Part shown: positions 18,476 to 28,868 of the stretch, piece by piece
How positions within the stretch are numbered: the first letter of the stretch is position 1
How the letters are laid out: each line of letters begins with the position of its first letter
Notes under the pieces: generated by a model
What the model saw: only the letters and a program-made list of their open reading frames with translations
Databases searched by the model: none
What the model was told of the DNA's origin: nothing
Assembly (NCBI GenBank): GCA_048938025.1
Contig: JBHLMP010000024.1
Span: 1-55,812 of the forward strand
DNA from: Promethearchaeota archaeon
GTDB lineage: Archaea > Asgardarchaeota > Lokiarchaeia > Sigyniarchaeales > SOKP01
Direction: 5' to 3'
DNA: 55,812 nucleotides
Translations under genes and position numbers: made by a program

Positions 18476-19009
18476 ATGGTAGAAGTTAGATATTGGGGTT
18501 CTTTATTTCCTTTAATTACAATTGTTTTATTAATTATATCACTATTTTTTCCTGTTATGAGTGTTTCAATTGATTATAGTCCTGTTTTTAATATAGAAGA
18601 TAAGTTATACATAACTGGTGGTGGAATTATTGATGCAATCGAACCTTATATTGATTCTTATCCTGAGATCAGAGACGTTAGAGAAGCTCTTATGGATATA
18701 ATAATCATTAGGATAATATTGATAATTTCTACTTCTATTTTATCAATAATCTCTGCGATTTTGTTAACAACTAGGAGTAAAGGGGTCAAAATAGCAAAGA
18801 TCATGTGGATAGTAACGGGTATTTCATTATTAACAAGTCAAATTTTTCTATTACCTTATAGTGAAATCTTTATATATTTACGTACTTATCAGGATGTTAG
18901 CCTTACTATGGGTTTTGGAATGATTTTTTTAATGATAGGAGGGGCTGTATTGCTATTAGGGGCTGTATGGCTATTCTATCTAAAGAAGATGCAGCTCATC
19001 CAGTATTAG
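18476..19009 (+). CDS. 4-TM membrane protein (claudin-like topology), function unknown
   Basis: Four hydrophobic segments; similar layout to 53651 and 54734 but no zinc ribbon. Confidence 0.6.
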   Translation: MVEVRYWGSLFPLITIVLLIISLFFPVMSVSIDYSPVFNIEDKLYITGGGIIDAIEPYIDSYPEIRDVREALMDIIIIRIILIISTSILSIISAILLTTRSKGVKIAKIMWIVTGISLLTSQIFLLPYSEIFIYLRTYQDVSLTMGFGMIFLMIGGAVLLLGAVWLFYLKKMQLIQY

Positions 19010-19608
19010 AAAAAATATTTATTGAATATTTAAAATCCATAGGCATTGAAGCGATTGGAGAGGCTGAAACTTCAATAGGTACAGTAGTTGATCTTGTAAT
19101 TAAGAGAAATATTAATTTCTTAACAAATATAGAGGGACAATGGGAAGAAGAAATTTTAGATATAAATCCTAACATTGATTGTATTACAGTTGATTTCACA
19201 GCGACATCTGATTATTCAATAATCCACGCGAAATTAAAGAAACCCTATCAAAGTCATAATAGATTTTTAGTAATAGTTCTTTATAGACAGAAGGATAAAG
19301 GTTATGTTGCAAGAGCAAATCAGTATTTTAAACAAAAATATCCAACAGAGAACTTCGAAATTATGACATTATTAGGAGACTCTAAAGCCAAAAAGGTTTT
19401 TAAGGAAGAAATTGTAAAGAGATTTGAATCTAAAAATATTTCAGTTATGAAATTTTTATTAAATGAAGATTTTCTTAATTATTTAGATATAAATGAATTA
19501 CAATATTTGATCGATGCTTTGGATATTCTTATTATGAAGACTAATGACATTGAAAAATCTCGGATCTTACAAAAAATAAGGTGTAAAATAAAGGATATTT
19601 ATATATAA
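18967..19608 (+). CDS. Hypothetical protein, possibly a chimeric fragment with a PD-(D/E)xK-like N-terminal part
   Basis: Overlaps the upstream gene by 43 nt; H..LE...E...VDLVI pattern is only weakly nuclease-like. Confidence 0.35.
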   Translation: MAILSKEDAAHPVLEKIFIEYLKSIGIEAIGEAETSIGTVVDLVIKRNINFLTNIEGQWEEEILDINPNIDCITVDFTATSDYSIIHAKLKKPYQSHNRFLVIVLYRQKDKGYVARANQYFKQKYPTENFEIMTLLGDSKAKKVFKEEIVKRFESKNISVMKFLLNEDFLNYLDINELQYLIDALDILIMKTNDIEKSRILQKIRCKIKDIYI

Positions 19609-19623
19609 TAATTATTATTAGTT

Positions 19624-20670
19624 TTATCCCAATTCGGTTTCAATACATTTTTTAGCGATTTGTTTAAAGACATCATGTATGTTTTCCCCTGTTAAAGCTG
19701 ATGTTTCATAATAATCAAGGCTTAATTTTTTAGCAATATCTTCTGCTTCTTTTCTTTTTATCATTCTTTTCTCAGTTAAGTCACATTTATTTCCAATTAT
19801 CATCATTGGTAAATTATGATTTAATTTTACTTCTTTCGTTATATCTTGATACCATTTGGGAATATTCTTAAGAGATTCTGGATTTGTTAGATCAAAAATT
19901 AAGAAAGCCGCCTCTGCTCCTTTATAGTAATGTTTTCTCATCATCTCGAATTTAAGTTGTCCAGCTATATCCCAGAGAATGAAATTTACCGTATCTTTAT
20001 CAATTAATACATTTTTCTCTGAAATTGAGACTCCAATAGTTGCAATATAAGTTCGCCTAAATGCATTATCAGTAAATCTTAAAATTGTTGACGTTTTTCC
20101 CACACCAGGATCTCCACAAACAACTACTTTAAATTTGTATTTTATAATCCCTTTATCTTCTATAGGTTCCTCAGGAAATGCTTCAGATTTTAAGGCAGAT
20201 TGTTCTTTTACTCGGAGATCCTCTAAAATATTTAAAATTTCAGTACGTAAATTATCTATTTGACTAGAAAGAATATCCTTTTTTTTTTTAATATCTTCTA
20301 TGTTAATTATTTCTTGAGTAATTTTATTAAATGCTGGTTCTAGAAAGCTCAAATATTTATAAAAAATCAGATCGTCAATTTCACTGAAAAGTAAAGTAAT
20401 AGATGATTGAGCAACACCACCACGGCGAGAATGATCTTCTTTTTCTATATATTTTATTATACCTTTCGAGGTTAATGATGGGAATGGCATAATTATTAAA
20501 GATTTAGGCATTAAACCTTGGTCTGCTGAGAGTATTGTAATTGATTTAATACTAACAGCCATGCGAAAGCTCTCAGGTAAATCAGAAGGATACCATAAAA
20601 TTGGGTTTGGTCCAAGTTCTTCGTCAAATTCTGTAAATATTATTGCTTTTATTAATTCTTTAGCTATCAT
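19624..20670 (-). CDS. uDENN/longin-like domain fused to Rab-like GTPase
   Basis: EFDEELGPNPILWYP (uDENN-like FD..GP motif); GDPGVGKT, WDIAGQ, NKCD, ETSA. Start moved to ATG 20670 by alignment with the paralog at 20932. Confidence 0.85.
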   Translation of the reverse strand: MIAKELIKAIIFTEFDEELGPNPILWYPSDLPESFRMAVSIKSITILSADQGLMPKSLIIMPFPSLTSKGIIKYIEKEDHSRRGGVAQSSITLLFSEIDDLIFYKYLSFLEPAFNKITQEIINIEDIKKKKDILSSQIDNLRTEILNILEDLRVKEQSALKSEAFPEEPIEDKGIIKYKFKVVVCGDPGVGKTSTILRFTDNAFRRTYIATIGVSISEKNVLIDKDTVNFILWDIAGQLKFEMMRKHYYKGAEAAFLIFDLTNPESLKNIPKWYQDITKEVKLNHNLPMMIIGNKCDLTEKRMIKRKEAEDIAKKLSLDYYETSALTGENIHDVFKQIAKKCIETELG

Positions 20671-20865
20671 CAGTTCAGCAAATTTATGACTTAAATAAAA
20701 ATTGACACTATATATGAATAATTTATATAAATTATAATAATTTAAACATTTGATCAATTTAAATAAGCAACGGAAAAAATATGTCTCAAGTTGACTTTCT
20801 TATAAATCCAGTATTTTAATAGCATAGGAGTTAATTCTTTATTATTATATAATAAACCACCATTC

Positions 20866-20889
20866 TTCGTGAAACTAAACTTTCACGAA
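20866..20889. other. Perfect 9-bp inverted repeat (hairpin or operator) between the two uDENN-Rab genes
   Basis: TTCGTGAAA-ctaaac-TTTCACGAA. Confidence 0.45.
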
Positions 20890-20931
20890 AAGTATAACTT
20901 AAAAGAAATCAAATTTTTGAATGGATTTTTA

Positions 20932-21981
20932 TTATAAATCATCTTTTAATGATTCATATAAAGTTTTGGCAATGTCATAAAAAGCTTGTTCAACATTATC
21001 TCCTGTTAAAGCTGAAGTTTCTATATAGTTAAGATTCAGATCATTCGCTAACTTATTTGCTTGTTCAAATCCAACAATTTTTTCATTAATTAAATCATTT
21101 TTATTACCAATTATAAATCCTATAATTTCTCTTGTATCTTTCAATTGGCTTTCAATATCTTTATACCATTTTAGAATGCTATCGAATGTTTTAGAGTTAG
21201 CTAAGTCAAATACTAGGAAAACTGCATCTGTTCCGAGATAAAACTGACGCCTCATGGTTTCGAATTTTACTTGACCCGCGATATCCCAAATCACAAGTTG
21301 AACAACAGAATCGTCTATTTTAAAGGTTCGGTCTGAAACCACGACTCCTAATGTTGGAATATACCTTCTTCTAAACGCTTTTTTAGTAAATCTTAAAATT
21401 AGGGAAGTTTTTCCTACGCTTGGGTCACCAACTATGCTGATTTTAAATTTGTAATCTATAAAATCAGAAGTTCTTCTTGATATTTCAGGAAAAGCTTCCA
21501 TATCTAGAGCAGAAGTTTCTTTAACTTTCAACTCATATAATACATTTAATATAACTCTTTCAAGTGTTTTTAACTCGTTTGTAATATATTTTTTATCTGC
21601 TTTTGATTTTTCTAACATCATGATTTTTGCAGCAATTTCATTAAAAATCAACTCAAGATTATTCTTATATTTATAAAATATAACGTCATCAACATTTTTA
21701 AAAAGTACAGTAATAGCAGCTTGACCAATATCACCTCTACGAGATTCATCCTCCCATATTATATATTTAATCAATCCCTTTAAATTTAGTGAAGGAAATG
21801 GAAGAATTACGAGAGATTCTGGAACCAGACCATGTTCACCAGAAAGAATTGTAATAACTTTTATACTGATATGCATTTGATCTTCATAAGAGAACTCTGA
21901 AGGAAGACTAGCGATTGGATTTGGTCCGAGTTCATCGTTGAGCTCGATATATAGAACTGCGGTTATGATATCTTCTTCCAT
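20932..21981 (-). CDS. uDENN/longin-like domain fused to Rab-like GTPase (tandem paralog)
   Basis: ELNDELGPNP; GDPSVGKT, WDIAGQ, NKND, ETSA. Confidence 0.85.
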   Translation of the reverse strand: MEEDIITAVLYIELNDELGPNPIASLPSEFSYEDQMHISIKVITILSGEHGLVPESLVILPFPSLNLKGLIKYIIWEDESRRGDIGQAAITVLFKNVDDVIFYKYKNNLELIFNEIAAKIMMLEKSKADKKYITNELKTLERVILNVLYELKVKETSALDMEAFPEISRRTSDFIDYKFKISIVGDPSVGKTSLILRFTKKAFRRRYIPTLGVVVSDRTFKIDDSVVQLVIWDIAGQVKFETMRRQFYLGTDAVFLVFDLANSKTFDSILKWYKDIESQLKDTREIIGFIIGNKNDLINEKIVGFEQANKLANDLNLNYIETSALTGDNVEQAFYDIAKTLYESLKDDL

Positions 21982-22134
21982 CTTAGATTTTCTCCATATA
22001 CAACTTTTTATGAAAGGATTATTTTAATTAAAAAAAATTGTTATTCAATTATATTTTGTATTTTCTTTTTTTATTTTTTTTGGAAATATTATATAAAAAA
22101 AAGAAAAAGAAAACAATTAATTTTTCGGCTATTC

Positions 22135-22839
22135 TTATCTTAATCCCACGTACATAAACCAAAAACTACTCAAGTACCCAATTCTTACGATAATCACCAT
22201 AAAACCTGGTGCAGTTAAACCTTCTAAAAGTCCGAAGATACAAAAGCAAAAAACTCCAATCGAGAGAAAATAGAATTTCTTTTTTATTTCACCTGTTGAT
22301 TGAAAAGCTTTATATAAAAATCCAAATCCAAGAAAAATCAATACTGATAATAAAAAGCTACCCATTAATATGCCGGCAAGTGTATTCAAATTAACATTAT
22401 AGTCAATTAATCTTTCAGGGGGAGTTGTAGTAGGTTCATCAAAATAGAAAGAACCTAGCGGATCCATAAATATGACAATTTCAAAAACTATGCTTAAAAT
22501 CAGAACTATTAACACAATATACCACTTTATATTCGGTGTTAGAAGTTCAGCTCCTATAAACATTGATACAATAATTACTGGACCAAACCATATATAGCTT
22601 AAAATTCCAACCAATCCATTCGTATTGTCGATATTATTTTCTGTTAATACAACTAGCAGAAAATCTAAAAACACTCCTAAAAACATAAGACCTGCAAGTA
22701 AATTTGCTAAACCTAAATAAATAAGAAGTTTAGCACCCCTTTTTCTTGATACATAAATAAAGAATAAACCAAAAATTATACCAAAAATAACAACGCCTGA
22801 GGCAGTAATACCATCGATCCAACCATCTGTAGAAACCAT
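22135..22839 (-). CDS. 7TM membrane protein of the same family, without the zinc-finger tail
   Basis: Aligns to paralogs 1-4 (DFL, YIW.P, GAELL, DPLGS, LID, STG..KKK, IRIG-like) and ends directly after TM7 (YVGLR). Confidence 0.8.
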   Translation of the reverse strand: MVSTDGWIDGITASGVVIFGIIFGLFFIYVSRKRGAKLLIYLGLANLLAGLMFLGVFLDFLLVVLTENNIDNTNGLVGILSYIWFGPVIIVSMFIGAELLTPNIKWYIVLIVLILSIVFEIVIFMDPLGSFYFDEPTTTPPERLIDYNVNLNTLAGILMGSFLLSVLIFLGFGFLYKAFQSTGEIKKKFYFLSIGVFCFCIFGLLEGLTAPGFMVIIVRIGYLSSFWFMYVGLR

Positions 22840-23027
22840 TATGAAATTTCACCAACAAGAATATTAATATTCGATTATAGTTCGAATAAATTATTTTATT
22901 AGTCTTAATACGAATATATAATTTTTTCTAAATAATATTAATGAATTGTTATTTTCCTATTTGAAGAGACATAAATAGGATAGAAAGACAAGACTCTTTG
23001 AATTTTTTAAGGTAAAATAAATTTTAA

Positions 23028-23309
23028 CTAATCTTTAATTTTTTCTAAAATTGAAAGAATTCTATATATTGTAGTGCGACTATGGAAGGGAATGTTTGGA
23101 TCTTGCGAGAGATCATCAACCATATACATTATATTGCTCGAAAGGACCCCAGCAGTTTCATCTTCTCTTTTTAACTCATTTATACATCTTTGAGAGATTC
23201 TTTTTATATTTCTAGGAACAGAACGATCATTAATCATTCCTTGTAGTAAGTGTTCCACATTCACAAAAGCTTCCTTAACTTCCTTGCTAAATTCATTTAC
23301 CCTTGCCAT
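23028..23309 (-). CDS. UPF0147 family protein
   Basis: D.SVPRNI.R and DPNIP.H.RT.I motifs. Confidence 0.9.
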   Translation of the reverse strand: MARVNEFSKEVKEAFVNVEHLLQGMINDRSVPRNIKRISQRCINELKREDETAGVLSSNIMYMVDDLSQDPNIPFHSRTTIYRILSILEKIKD

Positions 23310-23442
23310 AGAACAAAATCACCCAAAACAACGATTTTAGTGAATAAAGGGTTTTAATTCAGAAATATTTCTTAAAATATAATTTTTTTGATTTTTTATT
23401 GTCTTATAAAATAAGTATTTAATTAAATAATAAAGAAAATCT

Positions 23443-26355
23443 TTAATATATACCAAATTCACGAACTTTTCGCTGTAAATTTGGAAGTTCATTTACATAT
23501 TCAGTGATCTGACTGTGATATTTATTGAATAACTCGTTGAAAATAACGAATTTACCTTTATCAATCTCTTTTACAAAATCATAAGAAATTTTTTGTATTT
23601 CATCAAATATATTATTAAACAGATTGGTAGATTCCAATAATTTAGAAATTACTTCCTTTCCTTGTTTTCTTACCATATTTCGAAGTTTACCTCTAGGAAT
23701 CCTAATTGTTTCTATTAATTTATCACATTCATTTAAGAATTCATAAGACATTGCTCTTTCCTCATCATCTAGTTTTGCTTCGATTATTTCTGTTCTCCAT
23801 GTATTTATTCTACCTCTCGCATAAGTATCGAAATTTAAAGAAATTGAATCAATTCCTTCACGTACCAAAAACCTAAGGAACTCTGGGTCATCGCTTGGGG
23901 CTTGTCCACAAATTCCAACCTTTTTACCATAATGGTGTGCCACCTTTATTAACTCACTTAAAGCTCTTCGAATTGCTTCACTATTAGTTGTATAAGAATA
24001 GGATTTTGCAATCGGGATTAGTTTTGCTTCATCTCTATCAACACCATACATTAACTGAGTCAAATCATTAGATCCAATAGAAAAACCATCAAAATATTTG
24101 CAGAATAAATCTGCACATATTACATTTGAAGGAATTTCAGCCATTACATAAACTTTTAAATCATCTTCACCTCGTATTAAATCTTCAGTTTCCATTATTT
24201 GAATGATTTCGCTTCCCTCTTCTGGAGAACGACAGAATGGAACCATTGGAATGATGTTTTTTAATCCCCATTCGCGAGCTCGTTTAATAGCTCTTAACTC
24301 TAATATGAATGCATTCTGAAAATCGTTGGAGACGTATCGAGATGCGCCTCTAAAGCCCATCATGGGATTGTGCTCATCTTCTTCATATATCCATCCACCT
24401 ATTAGATTCGCATATTCATTAGTTTTGAAATCTGAAAGTCTTACAACACATTCTGCGATATTACCATCAGGTAATTTTTTCCAAACTCCAGCAGCAATCG
24501 TCGCAATTCCTTCTGCTAATTTTTCTATATAAAACTCTTCTTTATTGTCATATCCAACTGTTAATTCTCTGATTTTATCAAGAGTTTTTCTTAATTTCAA
24601 GATTTCTTGATTAAAAGGGTCTTTATGATATAAATCACTTTTTTTAATATTCTCAATTCTTTTTCTTTGCTCTAGTAAAATATCATATCTCATGACCAAT
24701 GCTTCAAAATCTATTAAAGCATTTGGATGAATTTGAATCTCATCGTTAATAATAAATTCTAGTCTTGCTAGACCCGTCCCATCGGGATATTTTCCAGAAG
24801 ATAATGCCCCTTTTGGAATACCTAAATTAACTAAAACCTTTGTTTGAGTATATGGAAGTTTTGCAAATTCAATTGTATCAAAATCATATTCCACATCTTT
24901 CAGCCAGATTCTTGGTTCCCCTTGGCTGCAATCAATAGTGATATATTCAATACCTTCACGTTGTTTTTCTTTCATTGTTTCCACTATATTATCAGCCCCT
25001 ACGATAGATGCTGTATTTAATTCTCTTGAAACTATAGCAGCATGACATGTAGGGCCTCCTCTTTCAGTTATTACACCACCCAAATTTTGCATATAGGATG
25101 TCCAATCAGGATTAGTCTCTTCTGTTATCAGAATATCCCCTTCTCTTAAAAAATGCGCATCATTAATTGATTCTATTACTTTAATTTTTCCATATCCTAT
25201 CCTTCTTCCAATGGCTATACCTGAATTCTCAATTAATAATCCTTCATTATTTAATTTTTCAGGATCTTCAAGAAGATAAAAGATTTCCTCAACATCACCT
25301 TTGATACTATGAACAGTTTCAGGACGTGCTTGCACTATGTATACTTTACCATTATTTCCAACCGCCCATTCTATATCCATCCTTTTTTCATAATGATTTC
25401 TAATTTTTTGAGCATAATCTGCTAAAATTATAACCTCATCATCAGTTAAGCAATATTGCATTTGCTTTTCTTGAGGTACAGGAACTACTTCTGTGCCTAT
25501 TTTTTCTCGACCCTTAGAAAAAATCATCATTTTTTCTTTTTTCACCAGCTCACGACGAATAATTCTTAGTTTTTTTGGATCATGCTTAAAAACGATGAAT
25601 TCGTCACCTTTTTCTATTCCTTGTACTATTAATTCGCCAAGCCCCCAAGTTCCTCTTATAACGACAACATTAGGATTTCCTGAATCAGGGTCTTCTGTGA
25701 ACATTACACCAGAAGATTTTACACCTGTTTTTCCTCCTGCTATTTCTTGAATTCCTACAGAGAGCTTTACATCAAAATGATTGAAATTTCCCCTTTCTCT
25801 ATACATTGTAGCACGAGTAGTAAAGACAGAAGCCATATCTTTTAAAATATATTCTAGAATTTCTTTCTCACCAGAGATGTTTAAATGAGTGTCTTGCTGT
25901 CCTGCAAATGAAGCATCGGGTAAATCTTCAGCGGTAGCAGAGCTTCTTACTGCAAAAGTTGATTCTTCTCCAATTTTCTTTATTAATTTGTTATACGCAT
26001 CTAAGATTTCATCTCTAAGTGAATCAGGAATTTTAGATTGTTCTATGATATATCTAATATTTGCACAGATCTTATCCACTTTTTCTACTGCTTTGATGTC
26101 TTCTGATTTTAGTTCATTTGAGAATTTTTTAATATCCCTAGCAATTAATTCACGAAGATTAACTTCTTTTTCTTTAATAGTGTAGTAATTTGTATCTAAT
26201 ATGTAATCATATGCTTTTGCTGTTACCGCAAAACCTAAAGGCACAGGTATTCCAAAACTTAAAAGTTCTCCTAAAGAAGCATTTTTACCTCCTACTAAAG
26301 GTACATCTGTATTTCGGACTTCTTCAAAAAACTTTACATAAACATATTCACTCAT
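23443..26355 (-). CDS. ppsA: Phosphoenolpyruvate synthase (pyruvate, water dikinase)
   Basis: VGGKNASLGE, AVRSSATAEDLPDASFAGQQ, phospho-His motif GGPTCHAAIVSRE, SIGSNDLTQ, GICGQAPSD. Confidence 0.97.
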   Translation of the reverse strand: MSEYVYVKFFEEVRNTDVPLVGGKNASLGELLSFGIPVPLGFAVTAKAYDYILDTNYYTIKEKEVNLRELIARDIKKFSNELKSEDIKAVEKVDKICANIRYIIEQSKIPDSLRDEILDAYNKLIKKIGEESTFAVRSSATAEDLPDASFAGQQDTHLNISGEKEILEYILKDMASVFTTRATMYRERGNFNHFDVKLSVGIQEIAGGKTGVKSSGVMFTEDPDSGNPNVVVIRGTWGLGELIVQGIEKGDEFIVFKHDPKKLRIIRRELVKKEKMMIFSKGREKIGTEVVPVPQEKQMQYCLTDDEVIILADYAQKIRNHYEKRMDIEWAVGNNGKVYIVQARPETVHSIKGDVEEIFYLLEDPEKLNNEGLLIENSGIAIGRRIGYGKIKVIESINDAHFLREGDILITEETNPDWTSYMQNLGGVITERGGPTCHAAIVSRELNTASIVGADNIVETMKEKQREGIEYITIDCSQGEPRIWLKDVEYDFDTIEFAKLPYTQTKVLVNLGIPKGALSSGKYPDGTGLARLEFIINDEIQIHPNALIDFEALVMRYDILLEQRKRIENIKKSDLYHKDPFNQEILKLRKTLDKIRELTVGYDNKEEFYIEKLAEGIATIAAGVWKKLPDGNIAECVVRLSDFKTNEYANLIGGWIYEEDEHNPMMGFRGASRYVSNDFQNAFILELRAIKRAREWGLKNIIPMVPFCRSPEEGSEIIQIMETEDLIRGEDDLKVYVMAEIPSNVICADLFCKYFDGFSIGSNDLTQLMYGVDRDEAKLIPIAKSYSYTTNSEAIRRALSELIKVAHHYGKKVGICGQAPSDDPEFLRFLVREGIDSISLNFDTYARGRINTWRTEIIEAKLDDEERAMSYEFLNECDKLIETIRIPRGKLRNMVRKQGKEVISKLLESTNLFNNIFDEIQKISYDFVKEIDKGKFVIFNELFNKYHSQITEYVNELPNLQRKVREFGIY

Positions 26356-26603
26356 TATAAGTCAATTATGGGATGCGGTTTAATTAAAAATTTTTTTATT
26401 CCTCTAATTATAAATTAAACCTTCATAAAAAAAATAAGTATTCTATTAACTTTAAGAAATAATTAATATTAAAAAGAAGAAGAAATATTAAATTTAAGTA
26501 AATTCAATATGGAATTACCTTAATAGTCAATTTATTATTTTTAAATACACTTACTTTGCAGTTTGTTGTACAAAATAGTATTACATAAAATAATAAATTG
26601 CAT

Positions 26604-27122
26604 CTAACTCAATTCTTTTTCAAATACTTTAAAATCATCAGAAGTGTATAAGCAGAATATTACTTCTTTGATTTGCGTCTTTTCTTTTAGATATTCTTTA
26701 ACTGTAGATATCATTATTTTTGCGCATCTATCTATAGGGAAACCAAATATTCCTGTTGAGATAGCTGGAAATGATATTGTTTGCAAATTATATTCATCCA
26801 TTAATTTAAGACTATTTAATGTGGCATTTTTTAGCTTTTGATCCTCATTTTCTTCTCCTCTTCTTGGACCAACTGCATGGATCACATGTTTTGCTTTTAA
26901 ATTGCCTCCTGTTGTTATAACTGCTCCTCCATGAAAGGTTCCACCTATTTTATTACATTCTTCTTGAATTTTAGGACCACCTTTTCTTCTAATTGCTCCT
27001 GCTACGCCCCCACCCATTATAAGCTGAGCGTTAGCAGCATTAACAATGACATCTGTTTCCATTTCAGTGATATCCCCTTGAACTAGCTTGATCAATGAGT
27101 TTCCCACTTTTAATTCTTTCAT
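26604..27122 (-). CDS. Macro domain protein (ADP-ribose binding/hydrolase)
   Basis: GDIT, IVNAAN, GGGVAGAI, VIHAVGP, FPAISTGIFGFP. Start moved to ATG 27122. Confidence 0.95.
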   Translation of the reverse strand: MKELKVGNSLIKLVQGDITEMETDVIVNAANAQLIMGGGVAGAIRRKGGPKIQEECNKIGGTFHGGAVITTGGNLKAKHVIHAVGPRRGEENEDQKLKNATLNSLKLMDEYNLQTISFPAISTGIFGFPIDRCAKIMISTVKEYLKEKTQIKEVIFCLYTSDDFKVFEKELS

Positions 27123-27169
27123 AATATGTTCCCTATCTTTTAGTTTCAAGAATAAAAAATTATAATCAC

Positions 27170-27904
27170 TTAATCTTGTGCTGGTTCTCTACTTTTTTTA
27201 AAAATCTCATCTAGTTTAGCACGATCCTCATCACTCATTTTACTCATAGCTTCCACATTTTGTCGCATTAAATCCATCATTATTTTTTGGGAAATTATTT
27301 GATTTAATACTGGTAAAGCTATCCTCATACGTGTAAGTTCATAATGCATAATTTTTGCTGTTTCTCGCATCTCTTTTAATTCCTCAGGAGTCATTCCTTC
27401 TTCTCCAACTCCTGGACAATCAGCATCCACCACGATAAAGTTTTTGCCGTCAAACTCCAGGGGATATGTGTGACAGCTGAGTGGTCTGTTCTCATAGATT
27501 AGGCATTTTTTATCATCTTTATTATATAATGGACATTTAACATCTAGCAATTCTTCAATAGGAACTGTTCTAAAGGGGTCTTTCTTGCTTTCTTCTTCAT
27601 TTTCATCTTCTTTAGGAGGGGGTGCTAATGGTTTTAATATTAAATCAATCCCACCATCTGGCTTATTATATATATCTAGATATGGTAAAAAATTAGCAAC
27701 TACGCCGTTTCGCGCCCACATTTCTAAATCCCAAATCGTTATCGGAATAGGACCTCTTTCTAAACAGCATGCATCACATTGAGTACATTTAAATGTAAAT
27801 TTTGCTTTTGGTTTTTCAGAATTTACTTCTTGATCTGTACTATTACTTTCAGATTTTTCTTCTTTTTCTCCAATGCTTTTATCGTCTTCATTTTTGTTTT
27901 CCAT
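27170..27904 (-). CDS. YkgJ family cysteine-cluster (CxxCxxCC) protein
   Basis: CTQCDACC...CPL...CLIYENRPLSCHTYP. Confidence 0.88.
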   Translation of the reverse strand: MENKNEDDKSIGEKEEKSESNSTDQEVNSEKPKAKFTFKCTQCDACCLERGPIPITIWDLEMWARNGVVANFLPYLDIYNKPDGGIDLILKPLAPPPKEDENEEESKKDPFRTVPIEELLDVKCPLYNKDDKKCLIYENRPLSCHTYPLEFDGKNFIVVDADCPGVGEEGMTPEELKEMRETAKIMHYELTRMRIALPVLNQIISQKIMMDLMRQNVEAMSKMSDEDRAKLDEIFKKSREPAQD

Positions 27905-28016
27905 AATAGAATTCTCCTCTTATGGTTAAATTTAGAATTGTTATCAATCTTTTTTTTGAAAAATAAGAATATACCCTTGAAAAAAAATTTTATTTTTTTA
28001 ATTTAACAAATATGAA

Positions 28017-28622
28017 TTATAAAAATAAATCCTTTCCTTTTATTAACTTTCCTAGATAAATCAAGGCAGGCTCAATTAGATTTTTTTCTCGAATTCCAGT
28101 AAAAACTATTTTTCCTGTACTAAAAAGTAAAAAAACTGACTTTACAGGATTAGTACAATTATATACTAATCCAGGAAATACTTCAGGTTCATAAATTGAG
28201 TTTTCAAGTTTAATAGCAGCTAAATCGAGATTGATTTTTTTAAAAAAGTCTGCAGTAATTACTATATTTACAACCATTGTGCTCATCAATTCTTTTTGTA
28301 TATGAATTCGAAGTATATTATTTAATTCTAAAATTAGCTTATCAATTACGAAATCAATATCTCCAAATGATTTTATACCTGTTAAAATTAGTTTACCATT
28401 CCTAAAAATAATAATTACACATTTTGGATTACTTAGTCTTAAAAAAAGTCCGGGAAAACGGTTCGAATTATATTCAACATTAATTAGTTTTTCTGATAAT
28501 TTCTTTAGATCTAATTCCAAATTTGGATTTAATGAAGATTTTAGAGAGGATTTGGCAACTATATTTTGTATTGTATAAGTCAAGCTATAATTGTCTTCTG
28601 CCGAGTTTTCTTCAAGAATCAT
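28017..28622 (-). CDS. tbp: TATA-box-binding protein
   Basis: Two repeats NIV...Y.P..FPGL...(I/L)F..GK..TG. Confidence 0.92.
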   Translation of the reverse strand: MILEENSAEDNYSLTYTIQNIVAKSSLKSSLNPNLELDLKKLSEKLINVEYNSNRFPGLFLRLSNPKCVIIIFRNGKLILTGIKSFGDIDFVIDKLILELNNILRIHIQKELMSTMVVNIVITADFFKKINLDLAAIKLENSIYEPEVFPGLVYNCTNPVKSVFLLFSTGKIVFTGIREKNLIEPALIYLGKLIKGKDLFL

Positions 28623-28868
28623 TAATGGATTCCTAATTTATTAATTTCATTCTTTATATTTCACACTAAACAAATAGTTTAGCATTCTATTTAATTTTAG
28701 TTTATCGCCCGAAATCTATACAAAAGGCATCTAACAGTTATTTTATGTCATTTCCCAAAATTAATAAAAAATAGAATTAAATAAATAGAATCTTTGACTC
28801 TTCTAAAAAAACCTTATTATCTATGATGAATTTGTTTTTTCATCTTTAAATGATAAAAGATAATCACT

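Noticed and set aside
8782-22839. 7TM proteins as rhodopsins or true GPCRs
   Set aside because: No retinal-binding Lys in TM7 (an Arg is conserved instead) and no DRY or NPxxY motifs.
22868-22888. TATTCGA-N7-TCGAATA palindrome upstream of the fingerless 7TM gene
   Set aside because: Not found upstream of the other 7TM paralogs; too short to support alone.
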